Positions 12,293 to 26,548 of a stretch of 64,000 nt of DNA are shown in pieces (the stretch's first letter is position 1; each line of letters opens with the position of its first letter). Source of the stretch: Azolla caroliniana (taxonomy: Eukaryota > Plantae > Polypodiophyta); NCBI GenBank assembly GCA_043228905.1, contig JBHGNT010000007.1, forward strand, positions 7,936,001 through 8,000,000. Direction: 5' to 3'. Both the position numbers and the translations under genes were made by a program. Under the pieces are notes generated by a model. The model saw only the letters and a program-made list of their open reading frames with translations. It did not search any database and was not told the DNA's origin.

Positions 12293-14117
12293 GGATGACT
12301 TGGAACCAACCACTTTTGTATGCTACATTTTGGATGTGTGCTCACTTGCAATGTTCTAAGCACTATCATCTATGCTCATTGTTTTAGGGGTTAAAAAAGG
12401 AGCTTAGAGTATATCCAGATAACATCATGAATCTGATCCATGCAGCAATGTTGATGTGGATTTCAAATACAGTTGAGGTTTGCAAATTTATAGTGCAAGA
12501 ACAATCTGTAATGCACACTTTTTATCACTTTTTGACGGCTTAGCTTTCTTTTTATACTTTCATGGTCTGAGATTTTTCAAGAAGATCTGTAATGTATTTC
12601 CGGGTTTGATTGCATTAGCTTGAATTTTGACCTAATCCTCATATATTATATACATAATGTATGACCTTGGAAGATAACTTTCTCTTTCACACTGGTCTTC
12701 ATTTCTATGTTATGGTGTAGAACTTGCAATTTGTGAAAATTATCACCTCCATGTCTACATGTCGTTCCAAATAAAAAATTATATATTTAAAAATGAATGA
12801 TTATTGTGTAAATGTATGTAGTTCAAAGTCTAGCAACTCCCCTTATTATCAATATGTTTTCTGGAAGAATGGTTGATATTTCTTATCTGATCTCAAGTTG
12901 TCGAAGTCTGTTTGAATCCAAGGCTTTTTTCCAACTCGAAATATGTCACTCATTATTTGCTGGAGTATCGTGTATCCCAGTGCTAGTTTCTCCCCTGATT
13001 ATATTTTCATCTTCATCATTGCATTCATTCCCTTTTTTAAATGGAACAATGAGAAAGGCTGTGCTTCGTCTTGTACAAACTGATACATCATGCGAATGAT
13101 TATAGCTATTTTTACTTCTACTGAACATGGTATTGCCAAATATATGTTCACTTGTGCTAATGTTGGTGTGGTTTTGTCTAAGAAACATTGTCTTATGTAA
13201 AGAATAAAATGTCTTTGAGAAACATATTTAGATATTGAAGGTGGTTCATCAATGCATGAAAACATGGGTGAGAATGCAAAAGAGTCCCACCTGTTAGATG
13301 CTAAAGCACGATGTGAAAGCATTGCCTCTACACCATATATCTCATTACTAACCATGTAGTTTAACATATTGCTTGTGGAGTCATGAACTTATTAAAATTG
13401 GCAAGTTTAACCATGTAAATGTTGGGGCATGTTTTTAATGCTTGTAATTTGCAATCTTCTCAAGTGTCAAAGTGAGCAATTGGCTTTAGGTTCATACTTT
13501 TCATGCACATTGGTTGTTTGCTTCAAATCATATGGTTTCACAAATTAAGGGTTAAAAGTGATAGCATTTAGTTAAGGCAATGCTAATAAGCCATTGAGAA
13601 GACCCATTGGTTATACTTATATGATGTAATCTTGATCTATAAACCTTCTTGACATTGGCATTTGTCTATCAATATGTTCTCTTTGAGAAAATAATACATT
13701 ATTCGTACTTGAGGGTGACTTGTCCTTGTTGAGAAAATTCAAACATCATGTTTTCTTAAGTGTTAAAAACTTGTAATTTGTTTGGTATACCCTCCAACAT
13801 TTTTGGCATTCGCTCGCAATGATGCTTTTAGAAGGAACTCTTAACATGAAGATGAGTGAAAAGATGCATGTACGAATACTAGGAAAAATGACTTGCCCCT
13901 GAGAGAAACCTCATGTACCTTGCAAAAAGTCACAATCAACATGGTCATAAACTTAATCAAAATCAATCATACAATTGTCAACATTTGTTTAGATTTGGTT
14001 ATTATTGCAGCAAAGTCCCAAAATTTATAAACATTATCCAAGTTACTACTTTCTCGAATGGAACATGTTTAGGTTGGATGTGTAACTGTAGGTAATATAG
14101 TTCAAAGGCATATTATT

Positions 14118-16427
14118 TGATGGCAACTGAAGGACCCTATGCCTTGGGTATAAGGTAAATTAGTCCTTTTATAAAGTGTGGAGGCAGACAACAGTAGTCA
14201 CAGAGAATTTGTTTGAAGGTTGTGCATAAGTTCACCTTCATCAAGTTCAAATATTTGAGGAAGAACGCTAGAGTTAGACCATCCATACCTGGGGAACTAG
14301 GTGTTGGGGAAACTTGTCCCTTCGTATGGGAAGAGCATAAGCCAGATCGGCTGAGAGACTGACCATCAGTCGGCCCGTTCGGATCTAGTTCCAGATACAT
14401 GCAATGTGAGCGGACTAGGAGTTGGCTGTCCGGTTGGGAACTAGATAGGAAGTTGAAATTAGAATGGTAGCCGGTCGATCGACCGAAGGCCAATCTTATG
14501 AGAGCTGGCCAGTAGCCGAATCGGACGAAAGTCGATTGGCCTGTAGCCAATCCGGATTGTGTGACCGATTCGGCCGAATCAGATTCATTTGGTTTGGGCT
14601 ACATTTGTAAATAGCCTATACTTGTGTATTAGTATAAATAAACTAGGGCTAACATATGTATTGTGTGGTCATGATTGTGTATTGAGAGTGATGCACAGAG
14701 AGTGAGAGCGTGGGAAACTGTCTGTAAGAAGAAAGACGAGCTCAAGGTTGTTGCCTAGAGTGTCTTGTATACCTCTTTACATAGTTATTTGGCTTGGAGT
14801 CTGTGGGCTCTTGTGGTTTTTCCCCATTCAGGGATTCCAGGTTAATATCTCGTGTCTGTGCATTTTTTGTTTTCAGTTATTGTCTTTCTCATTTGTACTT
14901 GATAACCGGTTGTGGCCGATCCCATATACTCATCAAACCGGTATTAGAGCAAGGTTCATAACCTCCAAGGTATAGAAATATAGATGAATCCCTCAAAGGG
15001 ATGTTCAAGCTAACTGGCACCAACTACTTAGTCTGGAAGTCGAAGATGAGAGACATGCTCGTGTGCAAAGACCTACGGCTGCCGGTGTAGTATGACAATG
15101 AAAAACCAGACAATATTGATGCATCAACATGGGAAGTCATGCATCTAAAGGAAACTGCATACATAAGGTGTTTTATAGACATGAGTCTGTACAACAACTT
15201 CAATGAAGAAACAAAAGCCGACGTCCTTTGGAAGAAGATCGGGTTCATTCAGAAAACAAGAACGCCGTAAACAAAGTCTCTGTCTTCAAGAAGATAGTGA
15301 GATCGAGATATCATGATGGCTCAAGCATGGTTGAGCACATGAATGCCTTCTAAGGATTAATCAATCAGACCACCTCTCTAGAAGTACCTCTGGCCGACGA
15401 GGTACTGGCATTACTGCTGTTGGGATCCCTTCCAGACAACTGGGAGATGCTCATGGTGACCTTGGGTTATGCAAGACTGCAAGGGAAGCATTTGTCCCTG
15501 GAGATGGTGAAGGCGAACTTGCTGAATGAAGAAGCTCACCGGAAGGGCAGAGAGTCCACCTCTGATCAGAAGGCCTTAGTCATAGAAGGTGACTCCAACA
15601 GAGGAAGGGGAAGGCAGATGAGTCCGCATAATAGGGGTAGGTCTAGACCGAGGTTGAAGTCGAAGGGAAAGCTCACGTGCTTCTATTGTGGGAGGCCGGG
15701 ACACTTCCAGAAGAATTGTTGGCATTACTGGAAGGACAAAGGGGGAGCCGATGGTATCGAACCGAAGAAGATTTCGGACAACAAGACCACCTCATCCATC
15801 GCCGCGAGTGAGGAGCTACTGTTCATCAGTGAACATAATGAAATAAACCTCATTGATGATGAATCATCATGCATGGTCGATTTCGGTCCGCCGTTTCACC
15901 TGACCCCCAAGAGAGATTGCTTTTCATCCTACACGGTCAGAGATTACGACTACATGAAGATGGGAAACGACGGCGCATGCAAGATTGTCGGGAATCGGAA
16001 ATGTATGTTTATTGACCTCAACAGGCTATAGAATGATGGTGAAAGATGCGCAACATGTTCGAGATATCAAATTGAATCTGATATCGGCCGGACGGCTCGA
16101 TGACGAAGGTTACAACGATAGCTTCTGAAATGGCACATGGAGATTCTGCAAAGGAAGCTTGATAGTGGCTCGAGCTTACAAGCAATATACATTATATGTG
16201 ATGCATGCATGAATGTGTTGGAACGAGGCAAATGTGACCGTAGCCGACACAACCAGCGAGCTTTGGCAGAAGAGGATGTGCCACATGAGACAAAAGGGTA
16301 TGTTGATGCTAGCCGGAAAAGAATTCCTACCGGAGGTGAAGAATGTGCATCTAGACAAATGTGCGAACTGCTTGGTCGGCAAGCAGAACATGGTTGCCTT
16401 TCGCCCTAGGCCTCCAACGAGGAGGAA
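14118..16427 (+). mobile_element. Degenerate Copia element, 5' part: LTR ~14118-14935, PBS 14939-14950, gag/zinc knuckle/protease/GAG-pre-integrase, interrupted at 16428
   Basis: TGATG...CATCA termini; degenerate iMet PBS CGGTATTAGAGC; GMFKLTG.NY.VWKSKMRDML, CFYCGRPGHFQKNC, LWQKRMCHM motifs with stops and frameshifts. Confidence 0.8.
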
Positions 16428-18332
16428 TGTTGAGAACCAAACTCAACTTCCCTAGTGTGTGAATACACCTTAGGAATAACCAAGTGTGTGAACATCCCAC
16501 CACTTTGTATCATAATTAATGTGTCATAGAAGTTAAGTCCTATGACACATAGTTACTAGGTAGAAGTCTCCACCCCCTTCCCAAGAGGTGGTTGTAGTGA
16601 GAGAACATAGAGAGAAGGTCACTACATAAGCACATTCTCCTCTTCTTTGTAATTGGTAACTTGGTTGTTTTTCCTTGTTAATACAGTTTTCCTGTATACC
16701 TTCTCTCTCTCTCTCTCTCTCTATCATACACATACACACATCTCTTCCACTACACTGAATCACACCTGATTCTTTACGTGGTGTTAGAGTGATTGGTAGC
16801 TTGATCCAAGCCCATCCGTGTGTGTTGTGCTTACGTCGATGTTCACGAAGAACCGACTGATCGCTGTAGCAGCAACCCTGCACAATTCGTATCATAAAGA
16901 GGAAGAAATCACAACTTGACCATCATGAACACTAAGATGGGCAACTCTCTCCCCAACAAAATGTTGGATAGAAACAACTTCGAATCATGGGAGTACAAGA
17001 TGCACCAATACCTTGTCGGCCAAGGCTATTGGAGTAGGGAGCCCAAGAAATGCAACCCAACCCAACATGGGAGCAAGAGACAAGCTGTGTGTTGTACTGC
17101 CTTGCATCGTGCATTCATGATCATATGCTTGGCTATATTCAAGAGGCCAAAACGCCAAACGAGGCGTGGGGAAACCTCAAAAAGATATTTACGGCCAACA
17201 CAATCACACGAAAACTTCAACTCTGTCAAGAGTTGAACAATATCCAACAAAGGGATATGTCAATCGACAGTTAAACCTTGAAGATCAAGAAGTTGTGCGA
17301 CTCCCTCGGGTCAATCAATGTCATCATTGACGAAGATGAAATGATGCAGTTATGCCTCGGTGTCCTAACACTGCGGTTTGGCACAATAAGGTAAGTTGTC
17401 CTCACAAGGGAGAATCCTCCCTCGTTCTTCGGTCTCCATTCGATGCTACTCGTCGAAGAAAATCACATCCAAATGAGGAACAATGTACAAGAAGGACACA
17501 ATCGTGAAAGAAGAGGCTGATTCAGCCAAGGCCGACACAACCAAGGGCAATCCCATGAGCACAACTTGGATTTGAACTCGGATGGAGGAAGGGGACACAT
17601 TCGTGAAAGAAGAGGCTGATTCAGCCAAGGCCGACACAACCAAGGGCAATCCCATGAGCACAACTTGGATTTGAACTCGGATGGAGGAAGGGGACACAGT
17701 CGTGAAAGAAGAGGCTGATTCAGCCAAGGCCGACACAACCAAGGGTAATCCCACGAGCACAACTTCTACTACCAGCAAGACGTCTCGAACACGTGAGGAG
17801 GAGCGTCTAGCAGAAGGGGCAGCTATCATGCCGGACCAAGACGACAAAACAACTCCGTCTAGTACGAATATTGTGGCAAATTCGATCACTATGAGGCAAA
17901 GTATCAGAAGAAGAAAAGTGAGTCGGCTTCCACAAGCTGACAACTTACAAACTTTGCCTCAAATTTCAACTACAATGATTGTGGTAGAATGCTCGTGATG
18001 CGGCATAGAGCAAATTCAATGATGGTTTCCAGGCCGAGCAATATGTCCAACACAGAAGACGTATGGGTTGTTTACTCGGGCACCTCGAACCATATGACGT
18101 CTCACCAAGAATGGTTTCAAAACCTCAGAGAGCCTAAATGACTCGCCTATGTGGAAATAGGGGATGACGCAATTCACCCCATTCAACATGTCGATAATGT
18201 CCCATTCAGGAAAGGTGGTGAACCAACCTACATGAAGAACGTCTTGCATATTCCAACTATAGCAAAGAATCTGGTCTTCACAGCCAGATTGTGGAACAAG
18301 GCATGCAAGTTAGGTTCAATCACGGAGGTTGT
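16428..18332 (+). mobile_element. Nested degenerate Copia (LDRxNYxSWxYKMHQYL gag family): LTR 16428-16778, PBS-like 16779-16790, gag-protease
   Basis: TGTTG start; TGGTGTTAGAGT PBS; gag MGNSLPNKMLDRNNFESWEYKMHQYL; LTR end homologous to the solo LTR at 62521-62976. Confidence 0.8.
17491..17766 (+). repeat. 99-bp tandem repeat (~2.8 copies) within Copia gag
   Basis: Unit CGTGAAAGAAGAGGCTGATTCAGCCAAGGCCGACACAACCAAGGG...GGAGGAAGGGGACAC repeated. Confidence 0.95.
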
Positions 18333-20170
18333 TGTTACCGACTTAGGGTAACATGGTGCCGAATACTCTTTCCTTCTGTTAGGATTCTATCCCTCCTAAT
18401 GGGAGGAGTCGGTTGACGATTGGGAGAATCGGCAATCAGAATCTTGCGAATGGTCGGATCGACCAACGAGTCGATCTGATAGTCAATTAGATGGATGGAA
18501 TTAAGAGTCGACCAGTCAGGTCGACCATATCGATCATAGAGTCGATTTGTGGGTCGACTGTATTGGAAGGATGATCCAAGTGAAAGACTAGGATGACGAG
18601 TTAGACTGACTGATAAGCTGACATGGGAGTCGGTTAGTCGAATCGATTGGATTGTTGACTTGTGGGTCGAACAGTCGAGTCGATTAGTCGACTGATTAAC
18701 TGCTATTATTATTATTATTATTTAATAATAAATTATCCCCATCTATAAATATGTGGAGCTACGACAAACTTTTATATATGTGTGCGTAGATGAAGTAGTT
18801 GAACTGTGTAGTGCAATGTAGAACTACAAAGAGAGAAGGTAGGAGACAGGAGCAGAAGGAAGTGAGTGAGTGACGACAGAGTTCAGTGGAACTTGCCAAA
18901 AACCTAAGTGGGTATTCTTTGATTTGCAGAGACTTGCAACCTTTCTTTTGTACTTCTGTATATAGTAAAAATCTGTTGCCCTGTGGTTTTTCCCTGTTTA
19001 GGGTTTTCCATGTAAAATGCGTGTACTATTATGGTTGCTCTCTATTTTGTATACTTTTAGTCTATCTTTCTCGTCTATCTACGTCGTAATCTTAGAAAAC
19101 TGGTATCAGAGCTTGAGGTGCAAGAATGGAAGGAGGTGTGAGTGGTTTCCCAAGAATGATAGTCTTGAACTCACACAATTATTCTAATTGGAAGATCTCA
19201 CGATAGTCAAAGACTTGTACAAGCCCATAGACAGGAGTGAAATACCCATAGGGTTGTTGGAGTCCGAGTGGAAACTCCCGAGCAGGAAGGTAGTGGCCAC
19301 CATCTGATAGTGTGTAGACGTGAGTGTTCTACAACATGTGACTAACAACACAAATGTCTACGAAATGTGGCATAAACTGTCAGGGTTGTACGAAAGGAAA
19401 AACCTCAAGAAAGCCTCTCTCATGAGAAAGAGCATAAGATTGAAGTACAGAGATGGAGAAAGCATAATTGTCCACATCAACACTTTCATGGGGTTAGTAA
19501 ATCAACTTGTGGCAGCCAAGTTTCCTCTACATGATGCTCTATAGGCCCTACTGCTTCTGTGTACCATGCTGGACAGCTGGGAGAATTTTGTGGTGTCTCT
19601 CAGTACCTTGTGCCAAGAAGAAAACTTGTCCTTACAAGTGGTAAAGCCAAGTATCCTAAATGAGGAGACAGAAGGAAGGACAAGGATGTCCTATCCTAGT
19701 CGGAGGCAAATGTGGCACAACACTCAACAGAGGAAGAAGCAAACAGAGAAGTTCACAAAAGAGAGAAGTCTCATGTCAGGTCCAAGTCCAGAGGAAATCT
19801 CGCATGCTTCTATTGCAGAAAAACTGGACACTTCCAGAAGGACTATCGACAACTTAAGAAAGACAAAGGTGTTTCAAATGATGTCAAACCCAGAAAGATT
19901 TTTGAAGAAAAGGGTACTTAAGCCGTGACTACAAGTGAAGAAGAGATCATGTTCATTTGCGAGCAAGCGAGTGTAAACCTCGCAAATGAAGAGTGCACGT
20001 GGGTGATTGAATCTAGTGCATCATTCCGTTTAACTCCCTCAAGAGAATGTTTCTAACCTTACACTGTCGGTGACTATGGTTATGTAAAGATGGGAGATAA
20101 TGGAGCATGCAAGATAGCCGGCATCAGAAGTGTATGTCTGACAACATCGACTAGTTGTAGACTTAAAAAG
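18333..20170 (+). mobile_element. Nested degenerate Copia 5' part: LTR ~18333-19097, PBS 19101-19112, gag-protease related to the intact element
   Basis: Perfect TGGTATCAGAGC PBS; MEGGVSGFPRMIVLNSHNYSNWK, CFYCRKTGHFQKD motifs. Confidence 0.8.
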
Positions 20171-20174
20171 AGTA

Positions 20175-21020
20175 TGTGTGCGGAAGCGTGTGCGATAGGC
20201 ACCGAGTACACAGTTGATTATTCGGAACTCGATAGTTAGGTAAACACAGAGAATAGATACACCGTGAGAGAGAGACAGAGAGAGCAGACAACAACTAGGG
20301 TTTCTTCTTCTCTCTGTCTTTTTGTCATTGCTGAACAACAGGTCGCTCTAATACCAGTTGAAGGATGATGTTCAGATAGATATGCGGAAGTATGAGGACC
20401 TGCTTGTGGATGTGTACATCAAACAACACAGATATGCAACAAGGAAGAGAATAGTAGACCGACATATACTCGAGCTTAAATGGAACTTCTTAATTTTTTC
20501 TGTAACTCTCTCTCTACAAGACTCAAGAAGAATAATATTACAATGTTAGGGTTGAGCATGTATATACTCAAGCCCTAACTTCAAGACGTGTTCACACTAG
20601 GATACAAGGTGGAAGGAGTCAGCCTTAAGGCTACGATCGAAGACCATAAGCAAGTTCTCCGAGAAGAACATGAGCAACACCAACAACTGTAGAAAGAGCA
20701 TAACTCGTTGTTGGTTGATTTTAACTGACATCAATAGTTACAATTGGTCGACCTCCAAATTCACAATCGGCTACAATGTAAGGAAATCGAGATGTATTGA
20801 CGCGAGCTCGCCTGTTCCAAACACGACAGACTCCCAAAAATATGATTACCTAGTAACCTAGATATGTAGGTCTCTACTGGCCTATTGGCTCACGTGGATC
20901 CGACTCTATGATCCGATCCAAACTTAGCCGATTGGTCTTCACGTGATCTGGCTATCAGCTTATTCAGCCAATCCGGCCGACGTTGAGCTTGTCCACTCAA
21001 CTATAGCCAAGGAGGGGAGG
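20175..21020 (-). mobile_element. Reverse-oriented LTR (from 20359) with PBS (20345-20356) and short leader; rest of the element missing
   Basis: Minus-strand TGGTATTAGAGC adjacent to an LTR-like end; the far boundary is uncertain. Confidence 0.55.
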
Positions 21021-21329
21021 TTGTTACAAAGTGTGGTCAAATATTCATCTCTTTCATAGGAGATATTTCCCTTGATTCAGGGAGTGATTGAAGAGGTACA
21101 TTAAAACCCCTGTCACTTCCACACTCAACCCCACTACCCTCTATGAATGCATGTGCACTAAAGTACAGATCACATTTATTTCTCACGAACTCCCTTGTGC
21201 ACTTTAGCACACTTACATTTCCCTCTATTTCTATTTGCATTTTCCCGTAAGTGCATGTGCAATGTTGCACATCCATGTTTTATTCTCTCCACCTGGTTTT
21301 CTTACCATAGCCGAAAATCCTCATGACAA

Positions 21330-23311
21330 CGGATGGAGACTAAAGTGATTAACAATGGAGCGACATTTTCTAGGATTCGGAGTCAAGATGGGAAGAGGTC
21401 GGTATAGTTCCTTACTGTTCGACCAAAGCATGAAAGAAATAAGGAGCATCTACGTGATGATCCACTACAAGATGTGGAGGATTTCGTAGAGGATTTCTAG
21501 GACGGGCCCTTACAAAAAGGGGTTGTGATGGCCCGTGGGAGTTAAGAAGCCCATTCATAGTTTTGAATATAAAAGTAAAGTATATGTTGCGTCAGTAGAT
21601 GACGCAACTATAGTTGAAGATTTTAAAGGAAAGAAATTCCGAAAAATAGAAAAAGAATTACAAGGTAGAGGTATGTTAGATTCAAAACAAAAGTTAGTGA
21701 ATATAAATTTTGAAGAATATAGTTTTAAAGATACAGTAGGTGAGTTGGAGTATTTGATGACGGAAGAGAATTAAGTTGAAGTTGCGATAAACTCTATCGA
21801 GATGTTCAAAACCATAAGGGAGTATGTTCAAAATGAAGAAGCTCGAATAAACACAAAGTACAAAATAGTGGAGAAGAAGGTCCAACCATTAGCAACACCA
21901 CTTCTAGAAGATAGTGAAAAGGTGATGAAGGCAGTGTCGACCGAGCCAATTCTTCGGGATCCGAATAAATTAGTGCACAAATCCATGGAAGAAACAATTA
22001 AAGAACATGAGGAGGAAGATTTGTTTGAAGAAGATTTGAATGAAGTGGTGTGAACTCGCCCACAGGTGTCCAAGTTTAGAGGGGGTGGGTGTCATGAAGT
22101 TGAGGCTTCATGATATCGAAACAATGTTAAAAATCTTGACAAGTAAAATTTCCATCTGAAGCTTGCGACGAGGAGCATGTCCGATTTTTTTATTCGTGAA
22201 TTGGAGTTTGGAAGCCCAAGATATAGCCTTCGGAAGAATCAATGCTACTCAAGACAAAAATGAAATTATATCAAAAAGGAGGATTCGATATTAAATAAGG
22301 GCGATTTTGTAATTTCTCAAATGTACAATTAGGAAATAGAATATGTAAATATTTATGAATAATTTTTTTTATTTTAAAAGTAAATAAAGAAAAGAAAAGA
22401 AAAGAAAAAAGAGATGCAACCGCCCATGCATGAGGCGGTTTGTAAACCGCCTCAAGGAGGGTGGAATGACGGTTGACCCCTGTATAAAAGCCACTCCCAT
22501 CGTGGCTGAATGGGGAGAGGAAGGAGGGGAGGAGGAAAGAAGAAGAGGAAGAAGAGAGGAAAGAAGCTCGTGTGAAGAGAAGGCGTAGGATGCATAGGTC
22601 ACTCAAGAAGATGGTGAAAAGGAAACAAGAGAAAAAAATTGGTGAAGTGGTTTTTGTTAAATACCTCTTCCCAAATAAAGGTTGTGAGTTCCCAATACCA
22701 GCATTCCATTTTGGCCTTTGCTTGTTGGCTCTGCAGATTTTTGTTTTCCCATTCGTTGTTTCGGTCATTGTGCTGTAAGCCCTCCATTTCGCGCTGGTAG
22801 CCCGTGTGCTCCTGATCGGAGGCTCGCTAGTGTGTGTGTGTGTGTGTATGTGTGTAGGAAGCTTGTAGCTCTGTTGCCTTCACGTCCGGTTGTAATATTC
22901 TATATTCTCTAATTAATCGTTAGTTTTTGTTGAGTCTCTATTCATGTTTGGATAATTCCACGCCGTTCCTGTTTGCTGTGTGTTTGTCACGTCCGGGGCT
23001 TGTGATCTTATCTCTGTTCTCTTTCCGTTTGAGTGTGCATGATTGGTGTGAGAGCCCGCGAGCTCATTGTTCACTATCCGGTGCAGCTCTGGAACCGAGT
23101 ACGCGTGTTGAGCCCTTAAGCTCACCGTCAAGCATCCGAAGACTTGTCCGGACCGGATCGGGTACCTGTATGGACCGCTCCCCGACAAAGTTACCCGGAG
23201 ACTATCTTCCCTTACTAGCTCCTTGGGTTGAGACCTCGGTGGTTCCGTCCCGTTCTGACACGTCCATGTGGATTTCCGCGACAACAGTGTGGGGGCGACA
23301 CGGTTCTGACA
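21330..23311 (+). mobile_element. Internally deleted Gypsy 3' portion: pre-RT fragment, PPT ~22076-22089, LTR 22090-23311
   Basis: INTKYKIVEKKVQPLATPL...ILRDP resembles the pre-RT region at ~25390; PPT TTAGAGGGGGTGGG; LTR termini TGTCA...TGACA. Confidence 0.7.
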
Positions 23312-23940
23312 GATTGTCGAAAGCCTCCTATATTTGACTATCACCAGGCCAGACTTAAGCTATCTGGTCAGACTGATCAGTCAGTTTATGTCACAACCAT
23401 CCATCGAATACCTTTAGTGCGCGCAAAGGATCTTGAAATATGCGAGCCACATGAAGGATAGGGTGATGTTATATCAAATCGGTGTAGCCGAATAGTTGGT
23501 CGGCGACATGGATGTTGATTGGGTCGGAAGCGTAGGTGATTGTTGAATGACATCTGGATATGCCTTCTCCTTAGGGAGTGCAACGATCGCCTGGTGTAGC
23601 AAGAAGCAGCTGACAGTAACATTGTCAAGCACTGAGGCCGAGTATAGAGTGGTTGTTGCTACGTGCGAAGCTATATGGCTTAAAAGGCTATTGAAGGATC
23701 TGTAGGTGGAGGTGTCTGATCTAACAGTGATCCACTACGACAAGCTCAACAATATTTAACTAGCAAATAACCCCCATCTTCCACACCCGGACAAAGCACA
23801 TTGAGGTACATTATCATTTTGTCCATGAGCAAGTTCTCTTTGGTGAAGTGGAACTGGTGTATGTTCTGACTGATGGCCGACATCTTCACCAAAACTCTAG
23901 GCCTAGACAAGTTATGATACTTTTCGAGTATGCTTGAACA
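23312..23940 (+). mobile_element. Copia RT C-terminus/RNase H relic
   Basis: [45 protein letters not shown] motifs, with disruptions. Confidence 0.8.
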
Positions 23941-26307
23941 CGTTCGCGTTCAGAAGTGGAAGGATAACACATTCCATTTTTAGATTCCTTTCAAAATTGT
24001 GCAAACTTATGCAATATATAGAAACTTGTTACACCAATGTCACATGTTCGTCAACCCATATAGAATTTGCTAAATTATTAATATTTAACAAGTTTCAAAG
24101 TAAAAAACATGTATTTTTTTTAACATTGTTAAAGTTGATGATCTCCAAATACGAAACAGAGGAGTAAAGCATGGACCGGTTTTCTCTAGCAAGAGCCCAA
24201 TTTTGGCGCATACCGGTGGATGCGCAGTTAGGTGGGGGTGGATGTCGTGAAGAAAACCGTCCCTAGGCGGAAACCTAGTTTAGCATGTGTAAACCGGCCC
24301 TTACACGCGAGCACACTTTTCGTTGTATAGTAAGTAGGTAAGTACAAGTCGGCTGAGGTGAAATCCTTGGTAGCACGCATTCAAGAGGGAGAGAATCGAA
24401 TTGTATCTCTGTCCGAAAGGACAGAGAATTAATATAATTTAATGGATGATAACGGTCTCCCTCCTTGGGCTATAAAAGAGAGGGAGAGGAATGAAAAATG
24501 GATCACGTGTTAGAGAGGACGAAGTGTTGTCGGACTGGGACCGAGCCATTCTCCTCTGCCACTCTCCATAGCCATTGGGCGCAGGTTTTCAGGAGGTTGA
24601 CTCCGCTCCGTGGAACGCCCGTGTGCTTCCGGCAGAGTCTCCATCTCGCTCTTCTATGTGGCAGTGAACAGACGTCGGCGCTCACCTTGCCGGCCTGTTA
24701 GTTGTAACCGTCTTGATATATATATATATTTATTTATTTATATACATACGTGTTCATATACTCGGATTTCTAGTCGTCTCGTTTGCTGTGTTGTTGGACT
24801 GTGATTCCTGTGTGCTCCCGCGTCTGTGTGCGTGTAAGCGCGTCTGTTGCCTTTCCGTTCTCCTCTTTCTCAGCTATTTCTAGGTCCAAGACCCCGGTGG
24901 TCCCGCCTCATTCTCCACGCACACGCGTAACAACGCGACATATTTGGTGAACCCGACGTGAACAGGCGACAGAGGAATAGAAAGATGAGGGGGTCGGACC
25001 TCGCGGAAGCCATGGCTTCGGCTGTGGATCGGATAGTGAGTGCGCGCGAAGGCGCAGGCGCCCTCGATAGGGCTATTGAAGCAGTCGTCGGCACGATAGG
25101 CTGGTTCGGTGGGAAAGACGCCACGAGCTATTTGGAGGCCTACCGGGCCGAGATGGTAATGAGAGACATTCCAGAAGAAAGGCGACTGACCGGATTCCCT
25201 CGGGTGGCGATGTCGGGCATCCATGCGGAGGTGCTCGAGGTACGAGCTAAGAGCCGGACCTGGGAAGAGTTTGAAGGTCGGCTCCTCGAAAAATACAGGC
25301 TTGATGACGCGCTTCGGCTCTCGAAAAGGGACTTCATGGAATGGGTAGAGACCCCCGAAAAGGGGAGAAACGCGTTGGTGCTCCTCCGGACCCAAGTTTA
25401 CGGAATCCGGCTGGCATAGGGCATCGGTTCACCGACATAACGCTACAGGAGCTCAAGGTCGGTGGGGGTGGCTTTCTACTGCCGGCGGAGGAGAACAAGT
25501 TTCGGAGAATGCTCGGAAGGCATGGGAAAGCCTTCACGTTCTCGCCGGGGGAGATCGGGTACGTGGACCCGACAATCGTCGAACCGATGGTGATCTTCAC
25601 GGTACCGCATGTACCGTGGAATCTCAAACTGATTCCGGTGTCGAGAGCTCACATCCCGAAGTTGATGGAGCTTCTAAAGCTAAAGGTGGAGATGGGCATC
25701 CTCGAACCGTCGAGTGCCCTGTATTCGAATCAGTGGTTTACGGTGCCGAAGAAGAATGGCACACTGCGCTTCATTCAGGACCTGCAACCGGTCAACAAGG
25801 TGACCATTCGGAACGCAGGGAACGGACCAACCATAGACGAGTTCACGGAGGCCTTCGTCGGAAGGTCGATTTACTCTGTCGGTGATCTGTACTCGGGGTA
25901 CGATCAGTTCCAACTAGCCGTGGAGAGCAGAGACATTACGACGATGCGGACTCCTCTCGGCCTAGTGCGGATGTGTCAGGAATAGTACTAAAGCAGAGAT
26001 GGAATTAGTACTAAGAAGAGTAGTACTATTAGTACTAAGAGGACGGGACTGCGTAAGATTCCCGAGAGAGAGGAAGTGAGAAGAGTAGAGAGAGAGATAG
26101 GATGATGACAACAACTCTTATATTATATGAAAGATAAGTACAAATCGGCTAAGAGGCTTAAGACTGGTGTTGAACCAATTTGGTTCAACATAATGCCTAG
26201 TGCCCTCTTTTATAGTGTTCTCAGGAATAATCCTGAAGCTTCTAGAATGTTCCAGAGAGATCTGGAATATACATCAATTTTCTATGATAAAACATAAATG
26301 AAAATAA

Positions 26308-26470
26308 TATTCGTTTGTTACAGAACAACCAATACACTTTTGATGTAGATCCAGAAATAACAAAGGTTGAGATGAAGAAGTGGGTTGAACTTTTCTTCAA
26401 CGTCGAAGTGAGAGGCATTAATAGTCTTTGATTACCTGGCACAAAGAAGAAACAAAAAAAGACAAATAGG
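26308..26470 (+). pseudogene. rpl23: Plastid rpl23 fragment (NUPT)
   Basis: [43 protein letters not shown] matches plastid L23. Confidence 0.85.
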
Positions 26471-26548
26471 ATGGGATTTGCAAATTCTTGTACTACAAAA
26501 ACATTAGAAAATAATGAGGTTAAGCATAATAGCTATAACCGATTTTTG

